NCBI GenBank assembly: GCA_965242525.1
Contig: OZ251459.1
Span: 2,464,001 to 2,528,000 of the forward strand
Reading direction: 5' to 3'
DNA: 64,000 bases
Origin: an uncultured Candidatus Binatia bacterium
GTDB taxonomy: Bacteria > Desulfobacterota > Binatia > UBA9968 > JAJDTQ01
In this document: piece by piece, positions 27,807 through 38,974 of the stretch
How the letters are laid out: each line of letters starts with the position of its first letter
Numbering within the stretch: position 1 is the stretch's first letter
The notes under the pieces: model-generated
Database searches by the model: none
What the model was told of the DNA's origin: nothing
What the model saw: the letters and a program-made list of their open reading frames with translations, nothing else
Position numbers and translations under genes: made by a program

Positions 27807-28876
27807 GGCTCATCGTGGCCGGCGGCGGCACCGGAGGCCATCTGTTCCCCGGAATCGCGGTGGCGCGGGAGTTCCGCCGGCGCAACGGGGACGCCCGCAT
27901 CCTGTTCGTGGGCAGCCGCTGGGGCATCGAGAGCCGGGTGGTGCCGGAGACGGAGTTCTCCATCGAGCTGTTGCCCGTCCGGGGCCTCAAGGGGCGGGGC
28001 CTCAAGGGGTTGCTGGAGGGTCTCTACGGCATACCCGCGAGCCTGTGGCGCTCCCGGGCCATCGTTCGCCGCTTCGACCCCCAGTGCATCATCGGCCTGG
28101 GGGGGTACGCCTCGGGGCCGATGGTGCTGGCCGGGGCGTCCCGGCGCGTGCGCTGCGCGATCATGGAGCAGAACCTGCGCCCCGGCTTCACCAACCGCGT
28201 CCTGGGACGGTTGGCGGACCGGATCTTCACGAGCTTCCGGGAGAGCGTCGAGTACTTCCCCCGGGCCAAGGTGGTGCTCACCGGCACGCCGGTGCGCTGG
28301 CGGGAGCTCCCGGACACGGGCCGGAAGGACCGCTTCCACCTGCTGGTCTTCGGCGGCAGCGCCGGCGCCCACCGGATCAACGAGACGGTGCTGGAAGCGC
28401 TGGAGCGCCTGGGTCCCGCGGCGGCCGGCTTCCGGGTCACGCACCAGACCGGGCGGGCGGACGAGGCCCTGGTGAAGCGGGGCTACGCGTCGCTTCCGTG
28501 CCAGGCGGAAGTGCTGCCCTTCATCGACCGCATGGACCGGGCCTACGCCGCGGCCGACCTGGTGGTGTGCCGCGCCGGGGCCTCCACCCTGTCGGAGCTC
28601 ACCGCCTTCGGCAAACCCGCGGTGCTGGTCCCGTACCCGTACGCGGCCCACGACCACCAACGACTCAACGCGCTGGCCCTGGAGCGGGCGGGCGCGGCCC
28701 GGGTGATCGTGGAGCGGGACCTCACCGCCGCGGGCCTGGCCGAGACCGTCCGCGCCCTCCGTGACGACCCGGCGCGGCGGGAGGCCATGGGCGAGGCGGC
28801 CCGGGGGCTCGGTCGGAGGGACGCGGCCGAGCGGATCGTGGACGAGTGCCGCGCCCTCGTCCCGGAGTGGACATGA
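27803..28876 (+). CDS. murG: Lipid II GlcNAc transferase
   Basis: GGGTGGHLFPG, GGYASGP, FGGSAGA, CRAGAST, HQRLNA. Confidence 0.96.
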   Translation: MRLIVAGGGTGGHLFPGIAVAREFRRRNGDARILFVGSRWGIESRVVPETEFSIELLPVRGLKGRGLKGLLEGLYGIPASLWRSRAIVRRFDPQCIIGLGGYASGPMVLAGASRRVRCAIMEQNLRPGFTNRVLGRLADRIFTSFRESVEYFPRAKVVLTGTPVRWRELPDTGRKDRFHLLVFGGSAGAHRINETVLEALERLGPAAAGFRVTHQTGRADEALVKRGYASLPCQAEVLPFIDRMDRAYAAADLVVCRAGASTLSELTAFGKPAVLVPYPYAAHDHQRLNALALERAGAARVIVERDLTAAGLAETVRALRDDPARREAMGEAARGLGRRDAAERIVDECRALVPEWT

Positions 28877-30258
28877 TGGGGCCGACGCGCCACCGGGTGC
28901 ACTTCGTGGGCATCGGCGGCGTCGGCATGAGCGGCATTGCGGAGGTGCTCTTGAACTCGGGCTACGAAGTCAGCGGATCGGACTTGCAGGACACCGACGT
29001 CACCCGGCGGCTCCGGTCCCTGGGGGCGGACGTCCGCGTGGGCCACGACGCCGCCCACCTGGCCGACGGGCTGTCGGTGGTGGTGATCTCCACCGCGGTG
29101 AAGTTCTCGAACCCGGAGGTGGTGGCGGCCCGGGAGCGGCAGGTCCCGGTGATCCCCCGGGCCGAGATGCTGGCGGAGCTCATGCGCATGAAGCACGGCG
29201 TCGCGGTGGCCGGAAGCCACGGGAAGACCACCACCACGTCCATGATCGGCCACGTGCTCACCGAGGCCGGCATGGACCCGACCCTGGTCATCGGCGGCCG
29301 GGTGCGGTCGCTGGCGGGCAACGCGCAGATGGGCAGGGGCGGCATCCTGGTGGCCGAGGCCGACGAGAGCGACGGCACCTTCCTGCTGCTCTCCCCGGTG
29401 GTGGCGGTGGTGACCAACATCGACCGGGAGCACATCGAGTACTACGGCGCCGCGGAGCGGCTGGCCGACGCGTTCCTGGAGTTCGCCAACAAGGTGCCGT
29501 TCTACGGCCTCGCGGTGCTCTGCCTGGACCATCCCGCGGTCCGGGGCCTGGCGCCCCGGGTGAAGAAGCGGGTGGTCACCTACGGCCTGTCCGCGGACGC
29601 GGACTTCAGCGCGCGGGACGTCCGGGGCCGGGAAATGGAGTCCACCTTCTCCGCGGTCCGCCGCGGCCGGACCCTGGGGCCGGTGCGGTTGCCCATGCCG
29701 GGCCGGCACAGCGTGGCCAACGCGCTGGCGGCCCTCGCGGTGGCGTCCGAGATGGGCATCGACTTCGCCGCCGCGGCGTCGGCCCTGGCCGGCTTTGCCG
29801 GCATCCACCGCCGCTCGGAGATCAAGGGCGAGGAAGCCGGCGTCCTGGTCATGGACGACTACGGACACCATCCCACGGAGATCGAGACCACGCTGGAGGC
29901 CATTGCCGAAGGCTGGGGCCGCCCCCTGACGGTGGTGTTCCAGCCCCACCGATTCAGCCGCACCCGGGACCTGTTCGAGGACTTCGTCTCGGCCTTCGAC
30001 CGGGCCCACCGGCTGGTGCTCACGGAGATCTACCCCGCGGGCGAGGACCCGCTGCCGGGGACCACCGGCGAGGAGTTGTACCGCGCCATGCGGCGCAGGG
30101 GCCACATGGAAGTGGAGTTCGTGGCCGCCCGGGAGGACGTCGCCGCCAGGCTGCTTCCCAGGCTGGCGGCCGGAGACATGGTGCTGACCCTGGGCGCCGG
30201 GGACGTCCATCGGGTGGGGGAGGAACTGCTTGAGTCCTTGCGGGAAAAGCGCGGATGA
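28873..30258 (+). CDS. murC: UDP-MurNAc:L-Ala ligase
   Basis: HFVGIGGVGMSG, GSHGKTTT, EADESDG, DDYGHHPTE, FQPHRFSRT. Confidence 0.96.
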   Translation: MMGPTRHRVHFVGIGGVGMSGIAEVLLNSGYEVSGSDLQDTDVTRRLRSLGADVRVGHDAAHLADGLSVVVISTAVKFSNPEVVAARERQVPVIPRAEMLAELMRMKHGVAVAGSHGKTTTTSMIGHVLTEAGMDPTLVIGGRVRSLAGNAQMGRGGILVAEADESDGTFLLLSPVVAVVTNIDREHIEYYGAAERLADAFLEFANKVPFYGLAVLCLDHPAVRGLAPRVKKRVVTYGLSADADFSARDVRGREMESTFSAVRRGRTLGPVRLPMPGRHSVANALAALAVASEMGIDFAAAASALAGFAGIHRRSEIKGEEAGVLVMDDYGHHPTEIETTLEAIAEGWGRPLTVVFQPHRFSRTRDLFEDFVSAFDRAHRLVLTEIYPAGEDPLPGTTGEELYRAMRRRGHMEVEFVAAREDVAARLLPRLAAGDMVLTLGAGDVHRVGEELLESLREKRG

Positions 30259-31175
30259 CCGCGGACCGGCTGGCCCGGGACCTGGACCTCGTCCCCGGGG
30301 TCGAGGTCAGGGTGGGCGAGCCCCTGGCCCGCCACACCTCGTTCAAGGTGGGCGGGCCCGCGGACTACTACGTGGAGGCCCACACGGGCCACGGGCTGAG
30401 CGACTGTCTGCGCCTGCTGGAGAGCCGGGGCGTGCCGGTGTTGCTGCTGGGCAACGGCAGCAACGTGCTGGTGAGCGACCTCGGGGTGCGGGGCGCGGCG
30501 CTGCGGCTGCGGGGGGAGTTCCGCAGGGTGCGGTGGCGCGCCCGGGACGCCGGGGCCGACGCGGGCGCGGCGTGCGCGGTGAGCCGGCTGGTGCGGGAGG
30601 CGGTGCGCCGCGGGTTGGGCGGACTGGAGTTCGCCGAGGGCATCCCCGGCAGCGTGGGAGGCTCCCTGGTGATGAACGCGGGGGCCTACGGGTCGGAAAT
30701 GGAGCGGGTCGTGACCGGGGTTGAAGCAGTGACGGCGGGGGGCGAGGCCATGGCCCTCGGGCGCGAGGAGTTGCGGTTTTCCTACCGCCAAGCGCGGCTT
30801 CCCCGCGGCGCGGTGGTCACCCGGGTGGGGATGGCGCTGACGCCGGAGGCGCCGGAGGCGGCGGACGCCCGCATGAGGGCGGTCATGGCCCAACGCCGGG
30901 CCAGCCAGCCGTCCGGCCATCCCAACTTCGGGTCGGTCTTCCGCAACCCGCCGGACGACCACGCCGGGAGGCTGATCGAGGCCGCGGGGCTCAAGGGCCT
31001 GCGGGTGGGCGCCGCGGAGGTGTCCCGCCGGCACGCCAACTTCATACTCAACCGCGGCGGCGCCCGGGCCGAGGACGTCCGGCGGTTGATCGAGCAGGTG
31101 TGCAGCACAGTGGAGCGTCGGTTCTCGGTGGCCTTGCAGACCGAGGTCCGCTTCGTGGGGGAGTGGCGACCATGA
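30255..31175 (+). CDS. murB: UDP-N-acetylenolpyruvoylglucosamine reductase
   Basis: HTSFKVGG, GNGSNVL, GIPGSVGG..MNAGAYG, FSYR, GSVFRNP, HANF. Confidence 0.96.
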   Translation: MTADRLARDLDLVPGVEVRVGEPLARHTSFKVGGPADYYVEAHTGHGLSDCLRLLESRGVPVLLLGNGSNVLVSDLGVRGAALRLRGEFRRVRWRARDAGADAGAACAVSRLVREAVRRGLGGLEFAEGIPGSVGGSLVMNAGAYGSEMERVVTGVEAVTAGGEAMALGREELRFSYRQARLPRGAVVTRVGMALTPEAPEAADARMRAVMAQRRASQPSGHPNFGSVFRNPPDDHAGRLIEAAGLKGLRVGAAEVSRRHANFILNRGGARAEDVRRLIEQVCSTVERRFSVALQTEVRFVGEWRP

Positions 31176-32146
31176 AGATTCCATCCGGCGTCTGGCGGTC
31201 CCGGCGCGTGGGCGTGCTGTTGGGCGGCCCTTCCGCGGAACGGGACGTTTCGCTCGTGTCCGGCAGGGAGGTGACCGGAGCGCTGCGCCGGCAGGGGTAC
31301 AGGGCGGTGTTCCCCATCGACGCGGGGCCGGACCTGCCCGCGCAACTGCGGAAGCACCGCATCGAGGTGGTGTTCAACGCCCTCCACGGCAAGATGGGCG
31401 AGGACGGGTGCGTGCAGGGACTGCTGGAGGTCATGGGCCTCCCCTACACGGGATCGGGGGTGACCGCCTCGGCCCTGTGCATGGACAAGGTGCTGGCCAA
31501 GCAGGTGCTGGCCCGGAACCACATCCCCACGCCCGAGTACGAGGTGGTGACCGGGGAGGGGCCGGAGCAGTCGAAACTGCCGTTGCCGGTGGTGGTCAAG
31601 CCCCGGGCCGAGGGGTCCAGCCTCGGGGTGGCCATCGTGCGGCAGCCCGAGGAGCTGGCGCCTGCGGTCCAGGAGGCGCGCCGGTACGACGGGGACGCCA
31701 TCGTGGAGCGGTACGTGGCCGGCCGGGAGATCACCGTGGGGCTGTTGCACGGCGAGGCCCTGGGGGTCACCGAGATCCGCCCGCTGGAGGGCTTCTACGA
31801 CTACCGGACCAAATACACGTCCGGCATGGCCGAGCACATCTTCCCGGCGCCGCTGCCGGAGTCGCTCCGCCGCAAGGCCCTGCGGCTCGCCGCCAGGTCC
31901 TGCGCGGTGCTGGGGTGCGAGGGAGCGCCGCGGGTCGATATGCGCCTGTCTCCGGATGAGCGGTTGTACGTGCTCGAGGTCAACACGCTTCCGGGGCTGA
32001 CCCCGTTGAGCCTCCTGCCCGAGATCGCCGCGGGGGTGGGCATCGACTTCGAGGACCTGGTGGAGCGGATGCTCGACGGCGCGGCGCTGAGGAACGGCGC
32101 GTCCGCGGCAAGGACATGGGCGCCCCGGGAGGCCGCCAATGGCTGA
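31172..32146 (+). CDS. ddl: D-Ala-D-Ala ligase
   Basis: GGPSAERDVS, LHGKMGEDG, EGSSLG, FYDYRTKY, EVNTLPG. Confidence 0.96.
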   Translation: MKIPSGVWRSRRVGVLLGGPSAERDVSLVSGREVTGALRRQGYRAVFPIDAGPDLPAQLRKHRIEVVFNALHGKMGEDGCVQGLLEVMGLPYTGSGVTASALCMDKVLAKQVLARNHIPTPEYEVVTGEGPEQSKLPLPVVVKPRAEGSSLGVAIVRQPEELAPAVQEARRYDGDAIVERYVAGREITVGLLHGEALGVTEIRPLEGFYDYRTKYTSGMAEHIFPAPLPESLRRKALRLAARSCAVLGCEGAPRVDMRLSPDERLYVLEVNTLPGLTPLSLLPEIAAGVGIDFEDLVERMLDGAALRNGASAARTWAPREAANG

Positions 32147-33038
32147 CGCGCGGGCCCGGTTCCGGCAGGCGGCCCGCCGGGCCGCGGGCCGGCTCGCCGC
32201 GGCCTGCGCCGCGGCTCTGCTGGGCTGGTTCGCGCTCGGGTGGTGGTATCCGGGCGCCGTCCCGGAGGCCTACGGGCGCGGCCGGACCATGGTGGAGCAG
32301 GCCGCGGCCGGCGTGCAGGCGGTCGCGGGCGGCGCCCTGGCCTACGTCCTGGACCACCCCTACTTCGCCGTCCGGGAGGTCCGGGTCCTGGGGGTCGAGC
32401 GGATCGAGGGCGCGGACGTGGTGGTCATGTCGGGGCTGGATCCCCACACGGTGATCTGGCGCATCGACCCCGCGCGGATCGAGGAAAGGGTGCGGCGCCA
32501 TCCCTGGGTGAAGGAGGTGAAGGTGCGGCGGGAGTTGCCGGCGCGCCTGGTGTTCAGCGTCGAGGAATGGGTCCCCGCGGGCATCGCGGCCATGGACCAG
32601 CTCTACTACGTGGACGAGGACGGCGTGCTGTTCAAGGCCCTGGACGAAGGGGATTCCGTCGATTTCCCGTTCCTTACCGGCCTTCGGAGCGCGGAGCTCC
32701 GGCCGCGGGAGCCCGGCGTGCGGAAGAAGCTGTCCCAGGCCCTGGCCTTCGCCCGGTCGGTGGAGCGCACGACCCTGGGCCTCTCGGAGGTCCGTTTCCA
32801 GCCCGGCGGCGGCATCGTCCTCTATCCGGTCTCCTATCCGGTGCCGTTCCACGTGGGCTGGGGCGACTGGGACCGCAAGCTGGCCCGGCTGCGCTGGTTC
32901 GTGCAGGAGTTCCGGGGACAACAGGCCCGTTTCAAGGCCGTTGACGTGAGTTTCCGGGGACAGGTGATCGCGCGCCCGCGGGGAAGACACGGTCCCATGG
33001 ACATGACCGCGGGGAGAGGCACGAAGAGCCATGGCTAA
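32139..33038 (+). CDS. ftsQ: Cell division protein FtsQ/DivIB
   Basis: POTRA-like FAVREVRVLG...HPWVKEVKVRRELP; between ddl and ftsA. Confidence 0.88.
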   Translation: MADARARFRQAARRAAGRLAAACAAALLGWFALGWWYPGAVPEAYGRGRTMVEQAAAGVQAVAGGALAYVLDHPYFAVREVRVLGVERIEGADVVVMSGLDPHTVIWRIDPARIEERVRRHPWVKEVKVRRELPARLVFSVEEWVPAGIAAMDQLYYVDEDGVLFKALDEGDSVDFPFLTGLRSAELRPREPGVRKKLSQALAFARSVERTTLGLSEVRFQPGGGIVLYPVSYPVPFHVGWGDWDRKLARLRWFVQEFRGQQARFKAVDVSFRGQVIARPRGRHGPMDMTAGRGTKSHG

Positions 33039-34257
33039 GAAGACGAACGTTGTCGTTGGCCTCGACATCGGGACCCACAAGACCTGCGCGGTGGTGGGGG
33101 AGCAGACCGAGCAGGGACCCGAAGTGGTGGGCGTGGGCATCTACCCGTCGAACGGGCTGCGGAAGGGGGTGGTGATCAACATCGAGGCCACCACGGAATC
33201 CATCAAGAAGGCGGTGGAAGAGGCCGAGATCATGGCCGGGTGCGAGATCAACACCGTCTTTGCCGGCATCGCCGGGGGCCATATCCGGGGGTTCAACAGC
33301 CACGGGGTGGTGGCGGTCAAGGACAGGGAAGTGACCGACGCCGATGTGGACCGGGTCATCGAGGCGGCCAAGGCGGTGGCGATCCCCATGGACCGGGAGG
33401 TGCTCCACGTGCTGCCGCAGGAGTTCGTCATCGACGGACAGGAGGGCATCCAGGAGCCCCGGGGCATGATGGGGGTCCGGCTCGAAGCCAGCGTGCACAT
33501 GGTGACGGGCGCGGTGGCCGAGGCCCAGAACATCATCAAGTGCTGCAACCGGACCGGGCTCAACGTGGCCGACTTCGTGCTGGAGCCGCTGGCCTCCGCG
33601 GACGCGACCCTCACCCCGGAGGAGAAGGAGTTGGGGGTCGCCCTCGTGGACATGGGCGGCGGCACCACCGACATCGCCATGTTCCACGGCGGCTCGGTGC
33701 AGCACACCGCGGTGCTGAGCGTGGGAGGGAACCACCTGACCGGCGACATCGCCGCGGGTCTGCACGCGCCCATGTCCGCGGCGGAGCAGTTGAAGCAGCG
33801 CTACGGCTGTGTGGAGACCAACCTGGCCCGGGGCAGCGAGATGCTCGAAGTGCCCAGCGTGGGAGGACGGGTCCCCCGGTCGGTGTCGCGGCAGGTCCTG
33901 TGCGAGATCATCAAGCCCCGAGTGGAGGAGATATTCCAGCTCATCCATCGGGAGATCGCCAAGTCCGGCCACCAGGAGAGCGTGGGCTCCGGCATCGTCA
34001 TGACCGGCGGCTCCACGCTGTTGCCGGGCATGATCGAGATGGCGGAGACGGTCTTCAACATGCCGGTGCGCCAGGGCGTGCCCACCAACGTCACGGGGCT
34101 GGTGGACGTGGTGTCCAGCCCGGTCTATTCCACCGGCACCGGGCTGTTCCTGTACGGCCTCGGCAAGCAGGAAAGGAACCTGTTCCGGGTCCGGGACGGC
34201 GACCTGTTCTTCAAGGTCCGGGGGCGGATGACCGAGTGGTTCAAGGAGTTCTTTTGA
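33031..34257 (+). CDS. ftsA: Cell division protein FtsA
   Basis: GLDIGTHK, GLRKGVVINIE, DMGGGTTD, C-terminal amphipathic helix EWFKEFF. Confidence 0.97.
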   Translation: MAKKTNVVVGLDIGTHKTCAVVGEQTEQGPEVVGVGIYPSNGLRKGVVINIEATTESIKKAVEEAEIMAGCEINTVFAGIAGGHIRGFNSHGVVAVKDREVTDADVDRVIEAAKAVAIPMDREVLHVLPQEFVIDGQEGIQEPRGMMGVRLEASVHMVTGAVAEAQNIIKCCNRTGLNVADFVLEPLASADATLTPEEKELGVALVDMGGGTTDIAMFHGGSVQHTAVLSVGGNHLTGDIAAGLHAPMSAAEQLKQRYGCVETNLARGSEMLEVPSVGGRVPRSVSRQVLCEIIKPRVEEIFQLIHREIAKSGHQESVGSGIVMTGGSTLLPGMIEMAETVFNMPVRQGVPTNVTGLVDVVSSPVYSTGTGLFLYGLGKQERNLFRVRDGDLFFKVRGRMTEWFKEFF

Positions 34258-34356
34258 TCGGACGGGCGCGGGGCGGAAGCGGGTGGTCCGCAGGACCGCT
34301 CCGCCTCCGGTGAAGCGGCAACCATAGGCAACACAGGTGAAAAAGGAGGAAGGTCC

Positions 34357-35577
34357 ATGTTCGAGATGGTGGAACCGATAGATTCGGGCGCGCGCATCAA
34401 GGCCATCGGCATCGGCGGCGGCGGCGGCAACGCGGTCAACACGATGATCGACGAGGGGCTTCGGGGCGTGGATTTCATGGTGGCCAACACCGACAGCCAG
34501 GCGCTGGACGTGAGCAAGGCCGAGATCAAGATCCAGATCGGGGATTCCCTCACCAAGGGGCTCGGGGCCGGCGCCAACCCGGAAGTGGGCCGGCGCGCGG
34601 CCATGGAGGACAAGGAGAGGATCCGCGAGTACCTCACCGGCGCGGACATGATATTCATCACCGCGGGGATGGGCGGGGGCACGGGCACCGGCGCCGCGCC
34701 CATCGTCGCCAGCGTGGCCAAGGAACTGGGAGCGCTGACCGTGGGCGTGGTCACCAAACCCTTCATCTTCGAGGGGAAGCGGCGCATGCAGCAGGCGGAG
34801 GAAGGGATCCGGGACCTCAAGGACAAGGTGGACACCCTGGTGGTCATCCCCAACCAGAGGCTCCTGAGCGTCGCCGGCAAGTCCACGACCCTGCTGGAGA
34901 CCTTCAAGGTGGCGGACGGCGTGGTGACCCAGGCGGTCCGGGGCATCTCGGACCTGATCGTGACCCCGGGGCTCATCAACCTCGACTTCGCCGACGTGCG
35001 TACGGTGATGAAGGACATGGGGTTCGCGCTCATGGGCGCGGCGTCCGCGTCGGGCGAGAACCGCGCGGTGGAGGCCGCGGGACACGCCATCTCCAGCCCG
35101 TTGCTGGAAGACATCTCCATCAACGGCGCCCGCGGGGTGCTCATCAACGTCACCGGCGGACCGGACATGGGCCTGTTGGAGGTCAACGAGGCGGCCACCC
35201 TGATCCAGGAGGAAGCCCACGAAGACGCCACCATCATCTTCGGCGCGGTCATCGACGAGAACATCGAGAACGAGCTGCGGATCACGGTCATCGCCACGGG
35301 GTTCGGCAACGAGGTCCGGTCGTCGGAACCGCTGCCGTCGAAGGAGCCGGCGCCGCAGAAGCAGGCCTCCCGCGGGCATGGCCTCAAGGGCGCCAGGGAC
35401 AGGAAGGTGGTCCACCTCGGCACCCTGGTGGACGACGACTTCGACATGCCCCGGTGGGAGCACGAGGGCGAAGACCGGGATTCGGGCGCCTCGCAGACCC
35501 CCTACGAGCTCAAGGAGGACGATGTGAGCGAGGAGGACATCGACATCCCGACGTTCCTGCGCAAGCGCATGGACTAG
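34357..35577 (+). CDS. ftsZ: Cell division protein FtsZ
   Basis: [25 protein letters not shown]-terminal DIPTFLRK. Confidence 0.98.
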   Translation: MFEMVEPIDSGARIKAIGIGGGGGNAVNTMIDEGLRGVDFMVANTDSQALDVSKAEIKIQIGDSLTKGLGAGANPEVGRRAAMEDKERIREYLTGADMIFITAGMGGGTGTGAAPIVASVAKELGALTVGVVTKPFIFEGKRRMQQAEEGIRDLKDKVDTLVVIPNQRLLSVAGKSTTLLETFKVADGVVTQAVRGISDLIVTPGLINLDFADVRTVMKDMGFALMGAASASGENRAVEAAGHAISSPLLEDISINGARGVLINVTGGPDMGLLEVNEAATLIQEEAHEDATIIFGAVIDENIENELRITVIATGFGNEVRSSEPLPSKEPAPQKQASRGHGLKGARDRKVVHLGTLVDDDFDMPRWEHEGEDRDSGASQTPYELKEDDVSEEDIDIPTFLRKRMD

Positions 35578-35741
35578 AGGCCGGGCCGTCGGGGCGGTCC
35601 GCGATGGCCGCGGTCAGGGACCGCGCGCCGACCCCGGGCGGATGGACCGGGGGACGGGCCGTCGGGGCGATCCCGGCCGTCGCGTAAAGTAGAACTTCAG
35701 GTTCTCGGGCGGATGGACCGGGGCCGGGCCGTCAGGGCGAT
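35563..35741. repeat. Three ~36-bp direct repeats separated by 34-36-bp unique spacers
   Basis: GCG(G/C)ATGGAC...CGGGCCGTC(G/A)GGGCG(A/G)T at 35563, 35635 and 35706. Confidence 0.6.
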
Positions 35742-35998
35742 GGGGCGCCCGCCTGCCCGCGGGCGTCCGGCGCGCGGCCCTGCAAGAGGAGCGGCAGCGT
35801 GCCCCACACCCCGAGGACGAGGCCGGCCAGGGTCCAGCCCACCCGGTTGCGCCCGCCGTGCCTGGCGATGACCAGGCACAGGACGCCGTCGCACAGGTGC
35901 ACCGCCAGCACCGTCGCCGCCAGTGCGTGGACGTCCAGGTCGGGCTTGATGAAATAGACGCCGGATGCGTATCCGAGCAGCGTGATCCAGTCCGCCAT
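35732..35998 (-). CDS. Small membrane protein
   Basis: MADWITLLGYASG..., two TM segments joined by ARHGGRNRVGW; GGGAAG RBS. Confidence 0.7.
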   Translation of the reverse strand: MADWITLLGYASGVYFIKPDLDVHALAATVLAVHLCDGVLCLVIARHGGRNRVGWTLAGLVLGVWGTLPLLLQGRAPDARGQAGAPSP

Positions 35999-36093
35999 CT
36001 TCCCTTCCCCCAGGGCCAGCCGCACGCGGATGCTTGACCCTTCTCCGAAGGGTACTATATTGGAGTCTGCACGAAAGACAACCGGGAACTCCC

Positions 36094-36296
36094 CCGTTCG
36101 TCCCGAGCGCAGGGGAGATCCCCATTGACCCTGAGCGAAACGAAGCAGAGCCGAAGGAAGCATAGCGAAGCAGAGCCGAGGGGAGCGAAACGAAGCAGGG
36201 CCGAAGGAAGCGTAGCGAAGCAGGGCCGAGGGAAGCGTAGCGAAGCACATATTCCCCGTTCGTCCTGAGCGTAGCGAAGCGAAGTCGAAGGACGCG
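36094..36296. repeat. Family A REP copies enclosing a 25-bp tandem array
   Basis: CCGTTCGTCC(C/T)GAGCG at both ends; AGCG(A/T)A(A/G)CGAAGCAG(A/G)GCCGA(A/G)GG(A/G) about 4.5 times in 36133-36246. Confidence 0.85.
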
Positions 36297-36335
36297 CTTT
36301 CCACAGGCAGAAAGCCCAAGCCGGATCGAACGCAC

Positions 36336-37390
<1,055 letters not shown>

Positions 37391-37394
<4 letters not shown>

Positions 37395-38749
37395 GCGCGG
37401 GCGCCATGGCCGTGGTCGAGCGACAGGACGAGCTGGAAGCCTTCTTCCACGACGCGGGCAAGCCCCGCGAGCAATGGCGGGTGGGCACCGAGTACGAGAA
37501 GGTGGGCATCGAGCGCGACACCGCCCGGGCCCTCTCGTATTCCGGCCCGCGGGGCGTCCGGGCCATACTCCAAGCGCTGGTGAGCGAGCACGGTTGGGAG
37601 CCGCAAGAGGAGCACGGCCATCTCATCGGCTTGGCCCGGGGCAACCACGCCGTCACCCTGGAGCCCGGAGGCCAGATCGAGTTGAGCGGCGAGCCGTGCG
37701 AGGACGTCCATTGCAGCAACGCCGAGTTCTCCCAGCACATCCGCGAGCTGATCCACGTGGCCGAACGGTTCGACGTGGCGTTCCTGGGCCTGGGCATCCA
37801 GCCCTTCAGCCGGGTGGAGGACATCGAGTGGCTGCCCAAGCGGCGCTACGGCATCATGGGTCCGTACATGGCCAGGACGGGCGCCCTGGGCCACCGCATG
37901 ATGAAGCAGACCGCCACCGTGCAGGCGAACATCGACTACGGCGACGAGAAGGACGCCATGGCCAAGCTGCGGACGGCCATGGGGCTGGCGCCGGTCATCG
38001 GCGCGGCCTTCGCCAACTCGCCCATATCGGACGGCGAGCCCAACGGCTTCAAGAGCTACCGGGGCCACATCTGGACGCGCACGGACAAGGACCGCTGCGG
38101 GCTGCTGGAGTTCTGCTTCTCACCGGACGCCGGCTTCCGCCACTACGTGGAGTACGCCCTGGACGTGCCCATGTACCTCATCGCCCGGGACGGGGGGTAC
38201 CTGGACATGACCGGCGTCCCGTTCCGCCATTTCCTGGAACGGGGACACCAAGGCCATTACGCCACGATGGAGGACTGGCAACTCCACCTGACCACCCTCT
38301 TCCCGGAGGCGCGGCTCAAGCACTACCTGGAGTTCCGCTCCGCGGACAGCCAGTCGCCGGAGTTCATGCCGGCCCTGCCCGCCCTCATCAAGGGCCTGTT
38401 CTACGACGCCGACTGCCTCGACGCGGCCTGGGACCTGGTCAAGGGATGGTCCTTCGACGAGCGGATGACGGCGTACCACGACTCCCACCGCCACGGGTTG
38501 GCCGCACGGTTCCGGCGCTACTCCCTGGGCGACTTGGCAAAGGAGATGATCGAGGTCGCCCGGGAAGGGCTGGTGCGCCAGCGGGCCCTGAACCGGCGGG
38601 GCGAAGACGAGACCATCCACCTGGAGCCCCTCCGCAACCTCGTCCACCAGGGCCTGTGCCCCGCGGACGTCATCCTCTCCAAGTGGCAGGGCGAGTTCCG
38701 CCAGGACCTGAGGTCGCTGATCGAGGACAGTTCCTACAAGCTGCCGTGA
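37391..38749 (+). CDS. gshA: Glutamate-cysteine ligase (GCS2, plant-type)
   Basis: [56 protein letters not shown]. Confidence 0.88.
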
Positions 38750-38820
38750 GCCCGGGCGGTGGAGCGGGGACGGGCAGGCCGATGGTTCGAGTCCAAGGTG
38801 GCGGAGCGAACGCCCACGCC

Positions 38821-38974
38821 ATCATTCCCGCGGACGCCCGCCCCGTCCCGTCATTCCCGCGGACGCCCGCCCCGTCTCGTCATTCCCGCGAAAGCGGGAA
38901 TCCACTTTCATCGCTCTCGTTGTACAAACCTCTCCAGGTCCGATTACTCTTCTCGACCCACTCGACCTTCCATG
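38821..38974. repeat. Family B end (two degenerate units plus palindrome) and GIY-YIG remnant; left island boundary
   Basis: TCATTCCCGCGGACGCCC twice, GTCATTCCCGCGAAAGCGGGAATCC, then sequence matching the reverse complement of 52395-52470. Confidence 0.8.
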
